Shown here: positions 39,660 through 50,127 of the stretch, one piece after another | Position numbering within the stretch: the first letter of the stretch is position 1 | Layout: every line of letters begins with the position of its first letter | Source of the DNA: Verrucomicrobiota bacterium | GTDB lineage: Bacteria; Verrucomicrobiota; Verrucomicrobiia; Methylacidiphilales; JBCBYL01 | Assembly: GCA_038748025.1 (NCBI GenBank) | Contig: JBCDJI010000015.1 | Span: forward strand, 23,957-87,956 | Direction of reading: 5' to 3' | Length of the DNA stretch: 64,000 nucleotides | Made by a program: the position numbers and the translations under genes | Notes under the pieces: model-generated | The model's input: only the letters and a program-made list of their open reading frames with translations | Database searches by the model: none | What the model was told of the DNA's origin: nothing

Positions 39660-41096
39660 ATGAACTTTTTACGTCGTTTTTTTATTACGATACTATTGCT
39701 GATCGCCTCGCTTACCGCACATCCTCTTTTGGCACAGGAAACTTCGGAAACGGCAGACTCTGATGTTTTGCAATCTAAGAATGTTTACGTCGTTCCGGTT
39801 CGTGGTGATATCGACTCTTCTATCATTTACGTGATCCGGCGGGGCGTGAAGGCTGCACTGGAAGCCGAAGCGGATGCGCTGGTCTTGCATATGGATACCT
39901 ACGGGGGGCGTGTAGATATTACCCAGGACATCACTGATATCCTGCGTAAGTTTGAACCACAGTCCGAAACCTATACCTACATTGATACCAAGGCCATTTC
40001 AGCGGGGGCATTCATCTCCTCAGCGACACGCCATATTTACATGGCACCCGGCTCAGTCATTGGGGCAGCCACCCCGGTGATGATGGCACCAGGCGGTGGA
40101 GCCCAGCAGATCAATGAAAGCTACGAAGAGAAAATCCAGTCCGCATTGAAAGCCCTGGTACGCGCCAATGCTGAACTCCACGGTCACAACCCCGTTGTTT
40201 TCGATGCCATGATCGACCGGGATCAAGGCCTGAAAATCGGTGACGATGTTGTCGTGGAGGAAGGCAAGGTTCTGACACTAACCAGTATGGAAGCGGGAAA
40301 ATCTTACGGTGGACAGGACAAGCCGCTCTTGAGTTCCGGGACCGTCAAATCACTGGATGATCTGATTACCAGAATAGGTGGTGACCCCGCCACAGCTGTC
40401 AGGGTCGAACCGACCGGGATGGAGCAGATCGCCACCTTCATTGTTTCACTCTCCACGGTATTCATCGCTGGTGCAGTTCTTTTCGGATATATTGAATTCA
40501 AGACTCCCGGCATTGGAATTTTCGGTGCTTTAGCTGCCGTCTGTGCCGGGCTGTTTTTCTTCGGTCACTCGATTGCGGGACTCTCAGGACACGAGTATCT
40601 GGTGCTGATGTTTATCGGTGTGGTGCTAATCGCGATAGAAATCTTTCTGATTCCCGGAACAGTGATCTCCGGATTCCTGGGGCTGGTGCTTGTCAGTGTA
40701 TCATTACTGCTGGCCATGGCGGATACTTATCCAACCGATAGTCTGGTGCCTTCCGTGGAAGTATTGATGCGCCCGGCAATGACCTTCGGACAGGCGATGC
40801 TGCTGGTCATTGTGGGCATTTATGCATCGATGTATTTTCTACCCAAAACCCGAGCTTTCCAGCATCTGGTGCTGGATGAGGCCTTGCCGGATCGGGCAGA
40901 AGCCACGGAAGGTCAGTCGCTGCCTGCCGCCGTGGGAGCTGAAGGTATTGCCATGACACCGTTGCATCCCGGTGGAAAAATCGAGGTGGATGGAACTCCG
41001 ATTGACGCTTTTACCGAGGATGGTTACATCGACAAGGGCACGGCAATCAAAATCATGAGCTTTCAGGGAACTCAGGCACTGGTGGAAAAAGTATGA
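39660..41096 (+). CDS. nfeD: Long NfeD-family membrane-bound ClpP-class serine protease (YqeZ-like)
   Basis: MDTYGG, AISAGA (Ser), MAPGSVIGAATP, EEKIQS (Lys); TM domain; C-terminal OB fold (TPLHPGG). Confidence 0.9.
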   Translation: MNFLRRFFITILLLIASLTAHPLLAQETSETADSDVLQSKNVYVVPVRGDIDSSIIYVIRRGVKAALEAEADALVLHMDTYGGRVDITQDITDILRKFEPQSETYTYIDTKAISAGAFISSATRHIYMAPGSVIGAATPVMMAPGGGAQQINESYEEKIQSALKALVRANAELHGHNPVVFDAMIDRDQGLKIGDDVVVEEGKVLTLTSMEAGKSYGGQDKPLLSSGTVKSLDDLITRIGGDPATAVRVEPTGMEQIATFIVSLSTVFIAGAVLFGYIEFKTPGIGIFGALAAVCAGLFFFGHSIAGLSGHEYLVLMFIGVVLIAIEIFLIPGTVISGFLGLVLVSVSLLLAMADTYPTDSLVPSVEVLMRPAMTFGQAMLLVIVGIYASMYFLPKTRAFQHLVLDEALPDRAEATEGQSLPAAVGAEGIAMTPLHPGGKIEVDGTPIDAFTEDGYIDKGTAIKIMSFQGTQALVEKV

Positions 41097-41578
41097 CCAT
41101 TCTGTTTGCACTCCTTATCGCCGGCTACCTGCTGGTGCTGGCGGAATTTGTGGTTCCCGGCGGGATACTTGGGATCATCGGTGCTGTCTGTCTGTTAGCT
41201 GCCGGCGTCATGGGATTTTTTTATTTTGATACCTCAACGGCGATTCTGATCCTCCTGGCCGAGGTCTTTTCCGGTATCATTCTGACGGTAATCTGGTTTC
41301 GCTACTTCTTCGACTCACCGATGGGCAGCACCCTAGTCCACCGGGATTCACTCGCTCAGGCCAGATCCGACCAGACCAGTAACAGCACCCAGTCCCCGCT
41401 CAGTGAGCTGATCGGGTCTGCGGGAACAACATTAACTCCCCTGCGCCCCTCGGGCTCCGCCCGCATCAACAACAAGCGGTACGATGTTCTGACCGAAGGA
41501 AAAATGGTCGAATCGGGAAAACCGGTTAACGTTGTTAAAATAGATGGTGCCCATATCATTGTCCGCGAATCAGAATAA
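41093..41578 (+). CDS. Short NfeD-family protein
   Basis: AEFVVPGG.LG TM segments, then LIGSAG.T.TPLRPSG...YDV..EG OB fold. Confidence 0.88.
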   Translation: MTILFALLIAGYLLVLAEFVVPGGILGIIGAVCLLAAGVMGFFYFDTSTAILILLAEVFSGIILTVIWFRYFFDSPMGSTLVHRDSLAQARSDQTSNSTQSPLSELIGSAGTTLTPLRPSGSARINNKRYDVLTEGKMVESGKPVNVVKIDGAHIIVRESE

Positions 41579-41623
41579 ATTTTAATCAATAACTAACAAA
41601 AAACTCAACCCTTCTATCCTATT

Positions 41624-42670
41624 ATGAACATCGTATTTGCCGCATTTATATTTATCGCAGTCATCGCTGCACTCATCTTTGCTGTCATTTTCATGAGCTT
41701 TGCCAAGCTCTGGATTCAGGCCAAAACATCCGGTGCATCCGTTACTATTCTGGGTGACCTGCTAGGGATGTTCCTGCGTAAAGTGCCCCGTGCCTTGATC
41801 GTCAATGCTCGGATTACCGCCGTTAAAGCCGGTCTGAATCTCTCGGTCAAACAGCTGGAGGCGCACTACCTCTCCGGAGGAAACGTGCTGGAAGTGGTTC
41901 GCGCTTTGATTGCCGCCGATAAGGCTAAAATCGCGATCGATTTCGACCAGGCCTGCGCCATCGACCTGGCCACCGCCGGGACCAGCAAAACCGTTTACGA
42001 TGCGGTTCGCACCAGCGTAAACCCCAAAGTCATTGACTGCCCAAGTGCGGAAGGCACACGCTCCTCAATTGATGCGGTTGCCAAAGACGGGATCGGCGTC
42101 AAGGCCCGCGCCCGTGTCACGGTCCGCACCAATCTGGAACGCTTTGTCGGTGGAGCTATGGAGGAAACCATCATCGCGCGTGTTGGTGAAGGCATCGTGA
42201 CGACAATCGGCTCGGCCAATACTTACAAGGACGTATTGGAAAACCCGGATAACATTTCTAAAAATGTCCTGGAACGCGGATTGGATTCCGGCACTGCTTT
42301 TGAGATTCTCTCCATTGACATCGCAGACGTGGACGTCGGAGAGAACATTGGCGCCCGCCTGCAGGCGGATCAGGCCGAGGCAGACAAACAGATTGCCCAG
42401 GCAAAAGCAGAAGTCCGGCGCGCTGCTGCGGTCGCCACCGAGCAGGAAATGAAAGCCCGCGTGCAGGAGATGCAGGCCAAGGTGGTCGAAGCCGAGGCCC
42501 AAGTGCCGCTGGCCATGGCAGAAGCCTTCCGCAGCGGAAATCTCGGTATTATGGATTATATGAAAATCCGCAATGTGGATGCTGATACTGAAATGCGTTC
42601 ATCTATCGCGGGCGATGCAGGCAGCAAAGGCACGACCGGCGACGGCAAATCACCCCACTCCGGTAACTAA
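41624..42670 (+). CDS. floA: Flotillin-like protein FloA (YqfA/UPF0365)
   Basis: [68 protein letters not shown]. Confidence 0.95.
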   Translation: MNIVFAAFIFIAVIAALIFAVIFMSFAKLWIQAKTSGASVTILGDLLGMFLRKVPRALIVNARITAVKAGLNLSVKQLEAHYLSGGNVLEVVRALIAADKAKIAIDFDQACAIDLATAGTSKTVYDAVRTSVNPKVIDCPSAEGTRSSIDAVAKDGIGVKARARVTVRTNLERFVGGAMEETIIARVGEGIVTTIGSANTYKDVLENPDNISKNVLERGLDSGTAFEILSIDIADVDVGENIGARLQADQAEADKQIAQAKAEVRRAAAVATEQEMKARVQEMQAKVVEAEAQVPLAMAEAFRSGNLGIMDYMKIRNVDADTEMRSSIAGDAGSKGTTGDGKSPHSGN

Positions 42671-42689
42671 GCCAGACTGAAAGACTATC

Positions 42690-43232
42690 ATGGATCTCGG
42701 CGATCTCATTATTCCCATCCTCATTATTGGAAGTGTCATTGTGCAATGGCTCAGTTCCTCTAAAAAAGAGGATCGGGAACAGGGATCGCCGCCGGATCCA
42801 ACCGCACTGGATCGGCCCGAGCCTGCTAAAACGCGGAATGATCCCTCCTGGGATGATTTAATGGAAGCACTGGGTCAACCGGCAGCGCCGCCGGAACTCC
42901 CGGCAGAAGAACTGCACCCGCCCGTGCCATTGGCTCCGGATCCCGCCCCACCTCCGGTGCCCGTAAATCGAGAGCCTGAACCGCCGGTTGTCAGTCTGTT
43001 TGATCGGCAAAAAGAAAAACTGGCTGAAAAGCAACGACAGCTGGAATTGTTGAAACAAAAGACCAAGGTGCAGCTTCCTGCGTCCAAACGGACTTCCTCT
43101 GCCGCTGCCGGACCGCCCGGCCAGGGCATGGCTGATGTTTTGAACATCCGCGGAATGCTGGATAATCGAAAATCACTGAAGCAGGCCATCGTCGTGAACG
43201 AAATTCTTCAACCGCCAGTCAGTCTGAGGTAG
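42690..43232 (+). CDS. Membrane-anchored Pro-rich hypothetical protein (YqfB-like position)
   Basis: N-terminal TM, Pro-rich linker, C-terminal LKQAIVVNEILQPPVSLR motif typical of the gene following floA. Confidence 0.75.
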   Translation: MDLGDLIIPILIIGSVIVQWLSSSKKEDREQGSPPDPTALDRPEPAKTRNDPSWDDLMEALGQPAAPPELPAEELHPPVPLAPDPAPPPVPVNREPEPPVVSLFDRQKEKLAEKQRQLELLKQKTKVQLPASKRTSSAAAGPPGQGMADVLNIRGMLDNRKSLKQAIVVNEILQPPVSLR

Positions 43233-43243
43233 TATTCCGGATT

Positions 43244-44122
43244 ATGGGCAAAGAAAAGTTGCTGCAGATCGGGCTGGTTCAGTCCATCTCCAGTCCTTCG
43301 CTGGACAAGAATCTCGAGCGTGCTGTCAAACGCTGTCACCTGGCCGCAGATCAGGGTGCAAAGATCATCTGTTTGCAGGAACTGTTCCGCAGTCCATATC
43401 CCTGCCAGGACGAGAATACGAACCGCTTTGACTGGGCAGAAACCATTCCCGGCCCCAGCACGACCGCTTTGACTGAAGTTGCGCTGGAACGTCAGGTCGT
43501 TATTGTCGCCAGTTTGTTTGAAAAACGGACCCGGGGACTCTACCACAACACCGCCGTAGTCATTGACGCCGACGGAAAACTGCTGGGCACCTACCGGAAA
43601 AATCATATTCCGGACGACCCGGGATACTATGAAAAGTTTTATTTTACTCCCGGAGATCAGGGATATCAGGCCTTTCAGACCCGATATGCCAAGGTTGGTG
43701 TCCTCATCTGCTGGGATCAGTGGTTTCCGGAAGCTGCACGCCTGACAGCACTGCAAGGAGCTGAAATTTTGTTCTATCCAACTGCCATTGGCTGGAACCC
43801 CCGGGATTCCAAAGAAATACAGCTGTCTCAGCATGATGCCTGGCAAACCATCCAGCGCAGCCATGCCATTGCCAACGGTATATTTGTCGTCTCAGTGAAC
43901 CGTGCCGGCACCGAAGGCAATACAAAATTCTGGGGACAATCCTTTGTTGCCGACCCGTTTGGTGAAGTCATGGAAAAAACATCCCATGACGAAGAAGAGA
44001 TCATCACTGTTGCCTGCAACCTGAGTGAAATTGAGCACACCCGCCGCCACTGGCCATTTTTGCGTGACCGGCGTATCGATACCTATCAGGGCCTCAACCA
44101 GAGGTTTCTAGCTCGCGACTAG
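43244..44122 (+). CDS. aguB: N-carbamoylputrescine amidase (carbon-nitrogen hydrolase)
   Basis: LQELF (E), YRKNHIPDDPGYYEKFYF (K), ICWDQWFPE (C); adjacent to the agmatine deiminase. Confidence 0.9.
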   Translation: MGKEKLLQIGLVQSISSPSLDKNLERAVKRCHLAADQGAKIICLQELFRSPYPCQDENTNRFDWAETIPGPSTTALTEVALERQVVIVASLFEKRTRGLYHNTAVVIDADGKLLGTYRKNHIPDDPGYYEKFYFTPGDQGYQAFQTRYAKVGVLICWDQWFPEAARLTALQGAEILFYPTAIGWNPRDSKEIQLSQHDAWQTIQRSHAIANGIFVVSVNRAGTEGNTKFWGQSFVADPFGEVMEKTSHDEEEIITVACNLSEIEHTRRHWPFLRDRRIDTYQGLNQRFLARD

Positions 44123-44136
44123 CCTTCAGCTGCCCC

Positions 44137-45195
44137 ATGCCCGGTTTCAGCTCCTCTGAAGAGATTGATCTATTTGCCTATCGGATGCCGGCAGAGTGGG
44201 AACCGCATGAAGCCACCTGGCTCGCCTGGCCCAAAAATATCGAAACCTGGCCGCAGCATCTGCAGGAAGCACGCCGGACCTGTATGGAGATTCTTACTGT
44301 GCTTACACGGTATGAAAAGGTGGTGCTGCTCATTGACAAAACCTGCCTGGATGATCTGCAGCATAACCCGCAATTTCAGTCTCTGCCACAAGACCGGATT
44401 TCACTGCTCCTGCACCCTTACAACGATTCGTGGATGCGCGATACCGGCCCGATCTTCATTACTTCTGAATCTGAATCCCCGCCCATTCTGGCTCACAACT
44501 TTGTCTTTAACGCCTGGGGTGGAAAATATAAGCCCTATACGGATGACGACAGAATCCCGGATCTGGCCCAGCATGCATTCGGAATCGACGTCATCCGTCA
44601 CCGACTGGTCCTGGAAGGTGGCTCAATAGACGTCAATGGGCGCGGAACTCTGATCACGACTGAACAGTGCCTGCTTCACCCCAATCGGAACCCGAACCTG
44701 AACCGTGAGACTCTGGAGGCAGAACTCAAACGGTGCTTCGGTCTCCAGCGCATGGTCTGGCTGGGCGGCGGCATTGAGGGTGATGACACTGACGGGCATG
44801 TGGATGACATCACCCGTTTTGTCGATGAGACCACTGTCTTAACCGTCCGCGCTAATCAGCGGAATGATCCGAATCACCAGCCACTGGAAGACAATTTTCA
44901 CCGTCTGCAACAATCCGGTGATCAGGATGGGAATCGCTTTACAGTAGTCGACATTCCCATGCCGGATATTCACCTCACAGGCCCTTTGGGCCGCTCCCCC
45001 GCTAGTTATGCCAATTTTTTCATCGCAAACCGTCAGGTGCTGGTTCCCGTCTACGGGGCTCCTAATGAACAGTCCGTGCTGTCAGTCATTCACGACCTCT
45101 TTCCGGATCGAACCGTGGTCCCGATTGACTGTGTCGGGCTGGTCTGCGGACTGGGCTCCATACACTGTATTACCCAGCAGCAACCGCGAGTCTGA
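44137..45195 (+). CDS. aguA: Agmatine deiminase family protein
   Basis: MPAEWEPH, DSWMRDTGP, LEGGSIDVNG, DDTDGHVDD, GSIHCITQQQP. Confidence 0.92.
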   Translation: MPGFSSSEEIDLFAYRMPAEWEPHEATWLAWPKNIETWPQHLQEARRTCMEILTVLTRYEKVVLLIDKTCLDDLQHNPQFQSLPQDRISLLLHPYNDSWMRDTGPIFITSESESPPILAHNFVFNAWGGKYKPYTDDDRIPDLAQHAFGIDVIRHRLVLEGGSIDVNGRGTLITTEQCLLHPNRNPNLNRETLEAELKRCFGLQRMVWLGGGIEGDDTDGHVDDITRFVDETTVLTVRANQRNDPNHQPLEDNFHRLQQSGDQDGNRFTVVDIPMPDIHLTGPLGRSPASYANFFIANRQVLVPVYGAPNEQSVLSVIHDLFPDRTVVPIDCVGLVCGLGSIHCITQQQPRV

Positions 45196-45243
45196 CCATT
45201 CAGCGACTTGCCAGTAGGCCATATCCTCAGCTATTGTTATTTT

Positions 45244-48200
45244 GTGAGTGATCAAACTCAGCCGGAAAACACTCAGTCTGATAGCCATAAGGTAATCGCT
45301 GGCACCGTCCAAGTGTTCAAAAAACTGGCCAGTGCCATCAAGAAGCAGCCTGCTGATGATCAGGCAAAGACGCACAAAGCACAAAACCCGCTGGTAAAGA
45401 TAAATTACACCCCGGAACAGACAGCTGAAATGAAGGCCAACATCAGGAAGCTATGGGGCCAAACCTTGATTCCCGGCACGCTTCCCGGCGCCACGATTAA
45501 GATCAGCTCACTCGCCCCCTGTCCCAGTCTGCCCACCTATATCCCCCAACGCCAGTTTGCGCATCCCAAAGAGAAAAAAGCGGCTCACTCTGACTATAAA
45601 GTCCTCGAAAAGATTGCTGACGGCGGGATGGGTTCCGTCTTTATCGGCGAACAGAGTTCTCTGAAACGACGTGTTGCCATCAAAACCATCAAGGAAGACG
45701 CCATTAATGACAAGGAGGGCAGCGCCCAATTTCTGGCTGAAGCACTGGTCACCGGTGAACTTGATCACCCGAACATTGTTCCCATCTATGAACTCGGAAC
45801 CAATGGCGACGGATTGTACTTTTATGCCATGAAACATGTCCGCGGGATTTCATGGGATGAGTGCATCCAGCATAAGTCACAAGATGAAAATCTGGATATC
45901 CTGACGAAAGTATGTGATGCCGTCGCATTTGCCCATTCCCGCGGGATTATCCACCGCGACCTCAAGCCGGAAAACATCATGATCGGGCAGTTTGGTGAGG
46001 TTCTACTGATGGATTGGGGACTGGCCGGCACCACTAAACCGGATGATCAATCCGGTCTTTTCGGATCCGGCAACACGCTGGGTGGCACCCCCGCGTATAT
46101 GGCACCGGAATGTGCTCGGGGAGATAATCATAAGATTGGAACCGCTACCGACATTTACCTGATAGGTGCATTACTTTTCGAAATTATTTGCGGCAAGCCG
46201 CCTCATGATAAGGAGAAAGCAGAGGATTCACTGGAAGCCGCTGCAAAAAATGAAATTCCTGCACTCAGCACGCAGTCTGAACTGTTAACCATCGCCCTCC
46301 ACGCCATGCAAACGGAGCCGGAAGACCGGTATGGCTCGGTGCTCGAATTACAGGAAAATATCAGGGACTACCGCAAGCATGAAGAAAGCCTGACCTTAAC
46401 CAGCGATGCGGAAAACTATTACACCCGCGCCCGTGTCAACGAATCCTACGGAGAATTCTCGGCCGGGATGCATGCCTGCTTTGAGGCACTTCGGTTATGG
46501 CCGGAAAATGAGATTGCACGTAAGCTCAGGGATAGTATCCGGATTGATTATGCCCGCCTCTCCATGAAGCGGGAGGATTACGATCTCTCACTGACACTAC
46601 TGAGAGAAAAAGACAAGGGCGATCGTGACTTGATACGAAAGGCTAAACGTTTACGCGACGAACGTTCCCGCAGACTGCAGCTGCAGAATCGACTCAAATA
46701 CGCTCTGTCGATAACCGTAATTATCACCCTGCTCATCATGGCTGGCGCTTATACCGTTGTTTCAAAGAAACGAGCTCAAACCATCTACGATAACTTTGTC
46801 ATTCAGACCCGTCTGGCAGAGCAGCTCCTGCATACAGGTAACTGGCTTGAAGTGCAAAAGATATCCCGCTCGATCCCGGCTTACCTGCGTGGCTGGGAAT
46901 GGGATTGGATTGATCAGGCGTCTCGTGTCAGCCTGACTCCTGATACCCGTCTTCCTCAGGCCCCATTGCGGGTCATCACTTCAGCAGATGCAACGCATCG
47001 TGCACTCATTTTTGGTGCGGGACAACTACAGATCCAGACCCTCTCTGGCTCTGCATCATTTTCAGTTCCGGATGAGATTCACGATTTCCACTGGACGCAA
47101 AACGCAGGCATGACACAGGCGTATTGCCTGCATGGAAATACCATCAGTATGCTTACGCCCGATTCCGGTACATCCTGGCAGATCCAGCCCCTGAAGACTC
47201 AGTTGCCGGAAAAAACAGCCATCATTTCCACTTCCGGCAGACTCTATCTGGTTCAGAACAGTCCGGACGATTGCTCCGTCTATGAAACCGCATCCGGGCA
47301 ACTGGTATCCCAATTACAACTCACACCGGAAAATCAGATGATGCATTTCGTTTTTTCAAAAAATGAACACCTACTGGCTGGTATTGATGTTTATGACAAT
47401 CGGCTCAAAACCTACGATACCCGAACCGGAAAGAGGGTTGAACGCTCGGCGCCTCACGCTGAATATACTACCGGAAAGTATACTCAAATGGAATTTTTCC
47501 AGGATGACAGCCTGCTGATGGTGCTTGGTAAGGGAGATGTGGTTTATGTCTGCAATGTGCGTCACATGAACCCACGCACCACGATCCCACTACAATCACA
47601 ACCGACCTGCGTTGCTATTTCTCCGAATGGTAACCAGATTCTGACGTGCACCGCTGAGGGAGAAACGCTCTTATTCCACATCCCGAGTTCCACGGTAACC
47701 TGGCATGTGCGACAACAACGTCATACCGTGAAGGCGCTGGCTGCTACACAGACTGGGACGGATTGGCTACTCTATGATGCAATCGGACAAGTCTTGCCAT
47801 TTTCGGAAAGTGAAAGAAATACCTCGCTGGAGTTGTTTCAGAATGACGTGCCTGTTCTCCAGATACTGTGGTCTGAGTTAACGAATACCTTGATTACCAA
47901 AGACCAGCTGAACCGTTACCTACAATCGGATGTGGAATCAGGGGAAAGGCATTTATTCAGTCTGCAGGCACGTATTCGAAGCCCCCACCATGTGATTACC
48001 ATCAACGGCGAAGACCATCTGGCGCTGATGCACCGGGAAAATGGATTACTTCTGTTCAATCTGCATTCTCATGAGCACAAAGAATTCTCCAGGTTTCAGC
48101 AATACCAGGCCATGGCACCGTATGGTAACACGCTGCTACTGGCTTCGGAGCAGCGGCTGGTGCGTTTTGATCCGTTAACCGGATCGGATCTGGAAGAGTG

Positions 48201-48708
48201 GGAGCTTAATCTGGGGCCGCTACGCACCATGGCCGTACTTCAGAAAAATCAACTCTGGATCGCTGGTCAGGACAATCGCTTGCACAGTATGAATCTCATA
48301 ACGGGAAAACAAATTCTGCTGGAAAGCCCTGCGGCAAAGGTAATCCGCTGGGTACCGGATCCAGCCGGAAATTTTATTGTGGCACACACTGCATCCCGTG
48401 ATGCTTTCATTTACCACCCTCACCAAAGAAAAATACAGGCTACATTATCTGGAGCAACCCATGTGATTACTGGATTGGTTTTATCTCCTGATGCTGAACG
48501 TCTTATTGGATCATCCGCTGACGGAAAAGTCAGAATCTGGGATACCGCCACCTGGCGGGAAATCGTCAATTTCCGGGCACATATCGGCACGGCTACTCAA
48601 ACCGGGATCCATCCAGATGGCACCTTCGTATTTACTGCCGGAACTGATGGAGCGGTTCGTCTTTGGAATGGCAAAGCTCATCATCCGGTCGCAACTTCCA
48701 ACCCGTAA
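45244..48708 (+). CDS. Ser/Thr protein kinase with TM helix and WD40 beta-propeller
   Basis: GGMGSV, VAIK, HRDLKPEN, DWG, GTPAYMAPE; TM YALSITVIITLLIMAG; SSADGKVRIWD, AGTDGAVRLWN. Confidence 0.92.
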   Translation: MSDQTQPENTQSDSHKVIAGTVQVFKKLASAIKKQPADDQAKTHKAQNPLVKINYTPEQTAEMKANIRKLWGQTLIPGTLPGATIKISSLAPCPSLPTYIPQRQFAHPKEKKAAHSDYKVLEKIADGGMGSVFIGEQSSLKRRVAIKTIKEDAINDKEGSAQFLAEALVTGELDHPNIVPIYELGTNGDGLYFYAMKHVRGISWDECIQHKSQDENLDILTKVCDAVAFAHSRGIIHRDLKPENIMIGQFGEVLLMDWGLAGTTKPDDQSGLFGSGNTLGGTPAYMAPECARGDNHKIGTATDIYLIGALLFEIICGKPPHDKEKAEDSLEAAAKNEIPALSTQSELLTIALHAMQTEPEDRYGSVLELQENIRDYRKHEESLTLTSDAENYYTRARVNESYGEFSAGMHACFEALRLWPENEIARKLRDSIRIDYARLSMKREDYDLSLTLLREKDKGDRDLIRKAKRLRDERSRRLQLQNRLKYALSITVIITLLIMAGAYTVVSKKRAQTIYDNFVIQTRLAEQLLHTGNWLEVQKISRSIPAYLRGWEWDWIDQASRVSLTPDTRLPQAPLRVITSADATHRALIFGAGQLQIQTLSGSASFSVPDEIHDFHWTQNAGMTQAYCLHGNTISMLTPDSGTSWQIQPLKTQLPEKTAIISTSGRLYLVQNSPDDCSVYETASGQLVSQLQLTPENQMMHFVFSKNEHLLAGIDVYDNRLKTYDTRTGKRVERSAPHAEYTTGKYTQMEFFQDDSLLMVLGKGDVVYVCNVRHMNPRTTIPLQSQPTCVAISPNGNQILTCTAEGETLLFHIPSSTVTWHVRQQRHTVKALAATQTGTDWLLYDAIGQVLPFSESERNTSLELFQNDVPVLQILWSELTNTLITKDQLNRYLQSDVESGERHLFSLQARIRSPHHVITINGEDHLALMHRENGLLLFNLHSHEHKEFSRFQQYQAMAPYGNTLLLASEQRLVRFDPLTGSDLEEWELNLGPLRTMAVLQKNQLWIAGQDNRLHSMNLITGKQILLESPAAKVIRWVPDPAGNFIVAHTASRDAFIYHPHQRKIQATLSGATHVITGLVLSPDAERLIGSSADGKVRIWDTATWREIVNFRAHIGTATQTGIHPDGTFVFTAGTDGAVRLWNGKAHHPVATSNP

Positions 48709-48742
48709 ACCAGTTTAATTGCATCAACCTCAGAAAAAAAGA

Positions 48743-49714
48743 ATGAAGATAACGATGAAGCAATACCTCGTATTATTCCTGTCCGCTCCAGCGGTCTGGT
48801 CCCTGTCCGCCCATGTCGGTGATCATACCACCCCTACTGAGGGACAGATCACGCTCACGGCGAAGCTCAGATACGATAGCGAAGTAAAAATCGATAAAAC
48901 TGCTACCCACCTGGTCATTCAATCCAATGGAATTCCTGAGCATGCGGTCGGCAGATTCCCGAATTCCGGAAACCCTAACAGTATTTCGCCCCAGAATCAT
49001 CACCTGAAGGTGCCGCTCAATCCACAGAATACAGGCCGCTTCGTCCCTAAAGACGGAAAAATGGGAATAGCAGTCAATGGTGTGCCGATGGAACCCGGAA
49101 CCGCTGAAACCTGGCAGGGAGATCGTTCCTGGCAGATCGAAGCCATTGTTGACGGCAAAAGTCAGCTGGGACTCGACCAAAACAATGCGCACGTTCAACC
49201 TACCGGAGCGTACCACTACCACGGTATTCCGCATGGCCTGGTCCAGTGCCTGCGCCGGGAATCGGGCGCTCCAGCAGATCAACCCCTGCTCGTCGGTTGG
49301 GCGGCTGACGGTTATTCCATCTACTATCAGCCCGATATCAGACCTAGCTACCGGCTCAAGTCCGGTAGCCGTCCGAATGGGCCGGGTGGTCGCTATGATG
49401 GCACCTATACCGCTGATTTTGAATTTGTTTCAGGCAGTGGTGACCTGGATCAAGCCAATGGCCGTTTCGCTCCCACACCGCAGAATCCTGACGGCGAATA
49501 TCACTATTACGTCACGGAAGGATTCCCTTTTCTGCCACGCGTGCTCAAAGGTGAGGCAGATGCATCCTTCGCACGTCCTCGTGGAGGTGGCGGACCGGGT
49601 GGACCCGGGATGCGTCGCGGACCCGGCGGCCAACGTCCTGACGGTCCACCGCCCGACGGACGACCCCCATATGATCGGGACCGGCCGCCTCCACCACATC
49701 TGCAGAATTCCTGA
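48743..49714 (+). CDS. YHYH-domain secreted protein with Gly/Pro/Arg-rich tail
   Basis: SNGIPEH, GIAVNGVP, GLDQNNAHVQPTGAYHYHG, GWAADG, DLDQANGR, YHYY. Confidence 0.88.
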   Translation: MKITMKQYLVLFLSAPAVWSLSAHVGDHTTPTEGQITLTAKLRYDSEVKIDKTATHLVIQSNGIPEHAVGRFPNSGNPNSISPQNHHLKVPLNPQNTGRFVPKDGKMGIAVNGVPMEPGTAETWQGDRSWQIEAIVDGKSQLGLDQNNAHVQPTGAYHYHGIPHGLVQCLRRESGAPADQPLLVGWAADGYSIYYQPDIRPSYRLKSGSRPNGPGGRYDGTYTADFEFVSGSGDLDQANGRFAPTPQNPDGEYHYYVTEGFPFLPRVLKGEADASFARPRGGGGPGGPGMRRGPGGQRPDGPPPDGRPPYDRDRPPPPHLQNS

Positions 49715-49849
49715 GATCACTGCTCCGAGCAGAGATGTAAACAGGTAAATCTTGGCGAGAGCCCAACTACCCTCCGGACCACATTCTGGTGGCGGAACGG
49801 AAAGATGTTCTGACATCTGCAAGTGAGGTCGGTGTACCGGGTCAGAACA

Positions 49850-49925
49850 AGGAAAAACGTTAATCGTAGCTACAAATACCAGGCTAAAGCGTAGTCCAGA
49901 CGGAGTCTGGCGGAGCGGGGGGGAT
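49850..49925 (-). repeat. 76-bp direct repeat, copy 2 (last 18 nt of tRNA-Ser + 58 nt trailer); att-like / tRNA-linked repeat
   Basis: Identical to 50052..50127 (AGGAAAAACG...TGGCGGAGCGGGGGGGAT), offset 202 bp. Confidence 0.92.
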
Positions 49926-50051
49926 GACTGATTCCTTACAGAATCATTGTGCAGAGTTTGAGCTTTGCTGGTTTAGAGTTTCGCTTGCGCGAAATGCACC
50001 AAACCCCCTTTCAGCCTGCGGCTGAACGGGGGTTCTCACCCCCACGTAATT

Positions 50052-50127
50052 AGGAAAAACGTTAATCGTAGCTACAAATACCAGGCTAAAGCGTAGTCCA
50101 GACGGAGTCTGGCGGAGCGGGGGGGAT
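50052..50127 (-). repeat. 76-bp direct repeat, copy 1 (overlaps the tRNA-Ser 3' end)
   Basis: Identical to 49850..49925. Confidence 0.92.

Noticed and set aside
49575..49700. Repetitive GC-rich stretch at the end of the YHYH gene
   Set aside because: Explained by a low-complexity Gly/Pro/Arg protein tail rather than a DNA repeat element.
49850..50127. CRISPR array or attC interpretation of the 76-bp repeats
   Set aside because: Only two full copies, too long, containing a tRNA 3' end, with no cas genes and no RYYYAAC/GTTRRRY ends.
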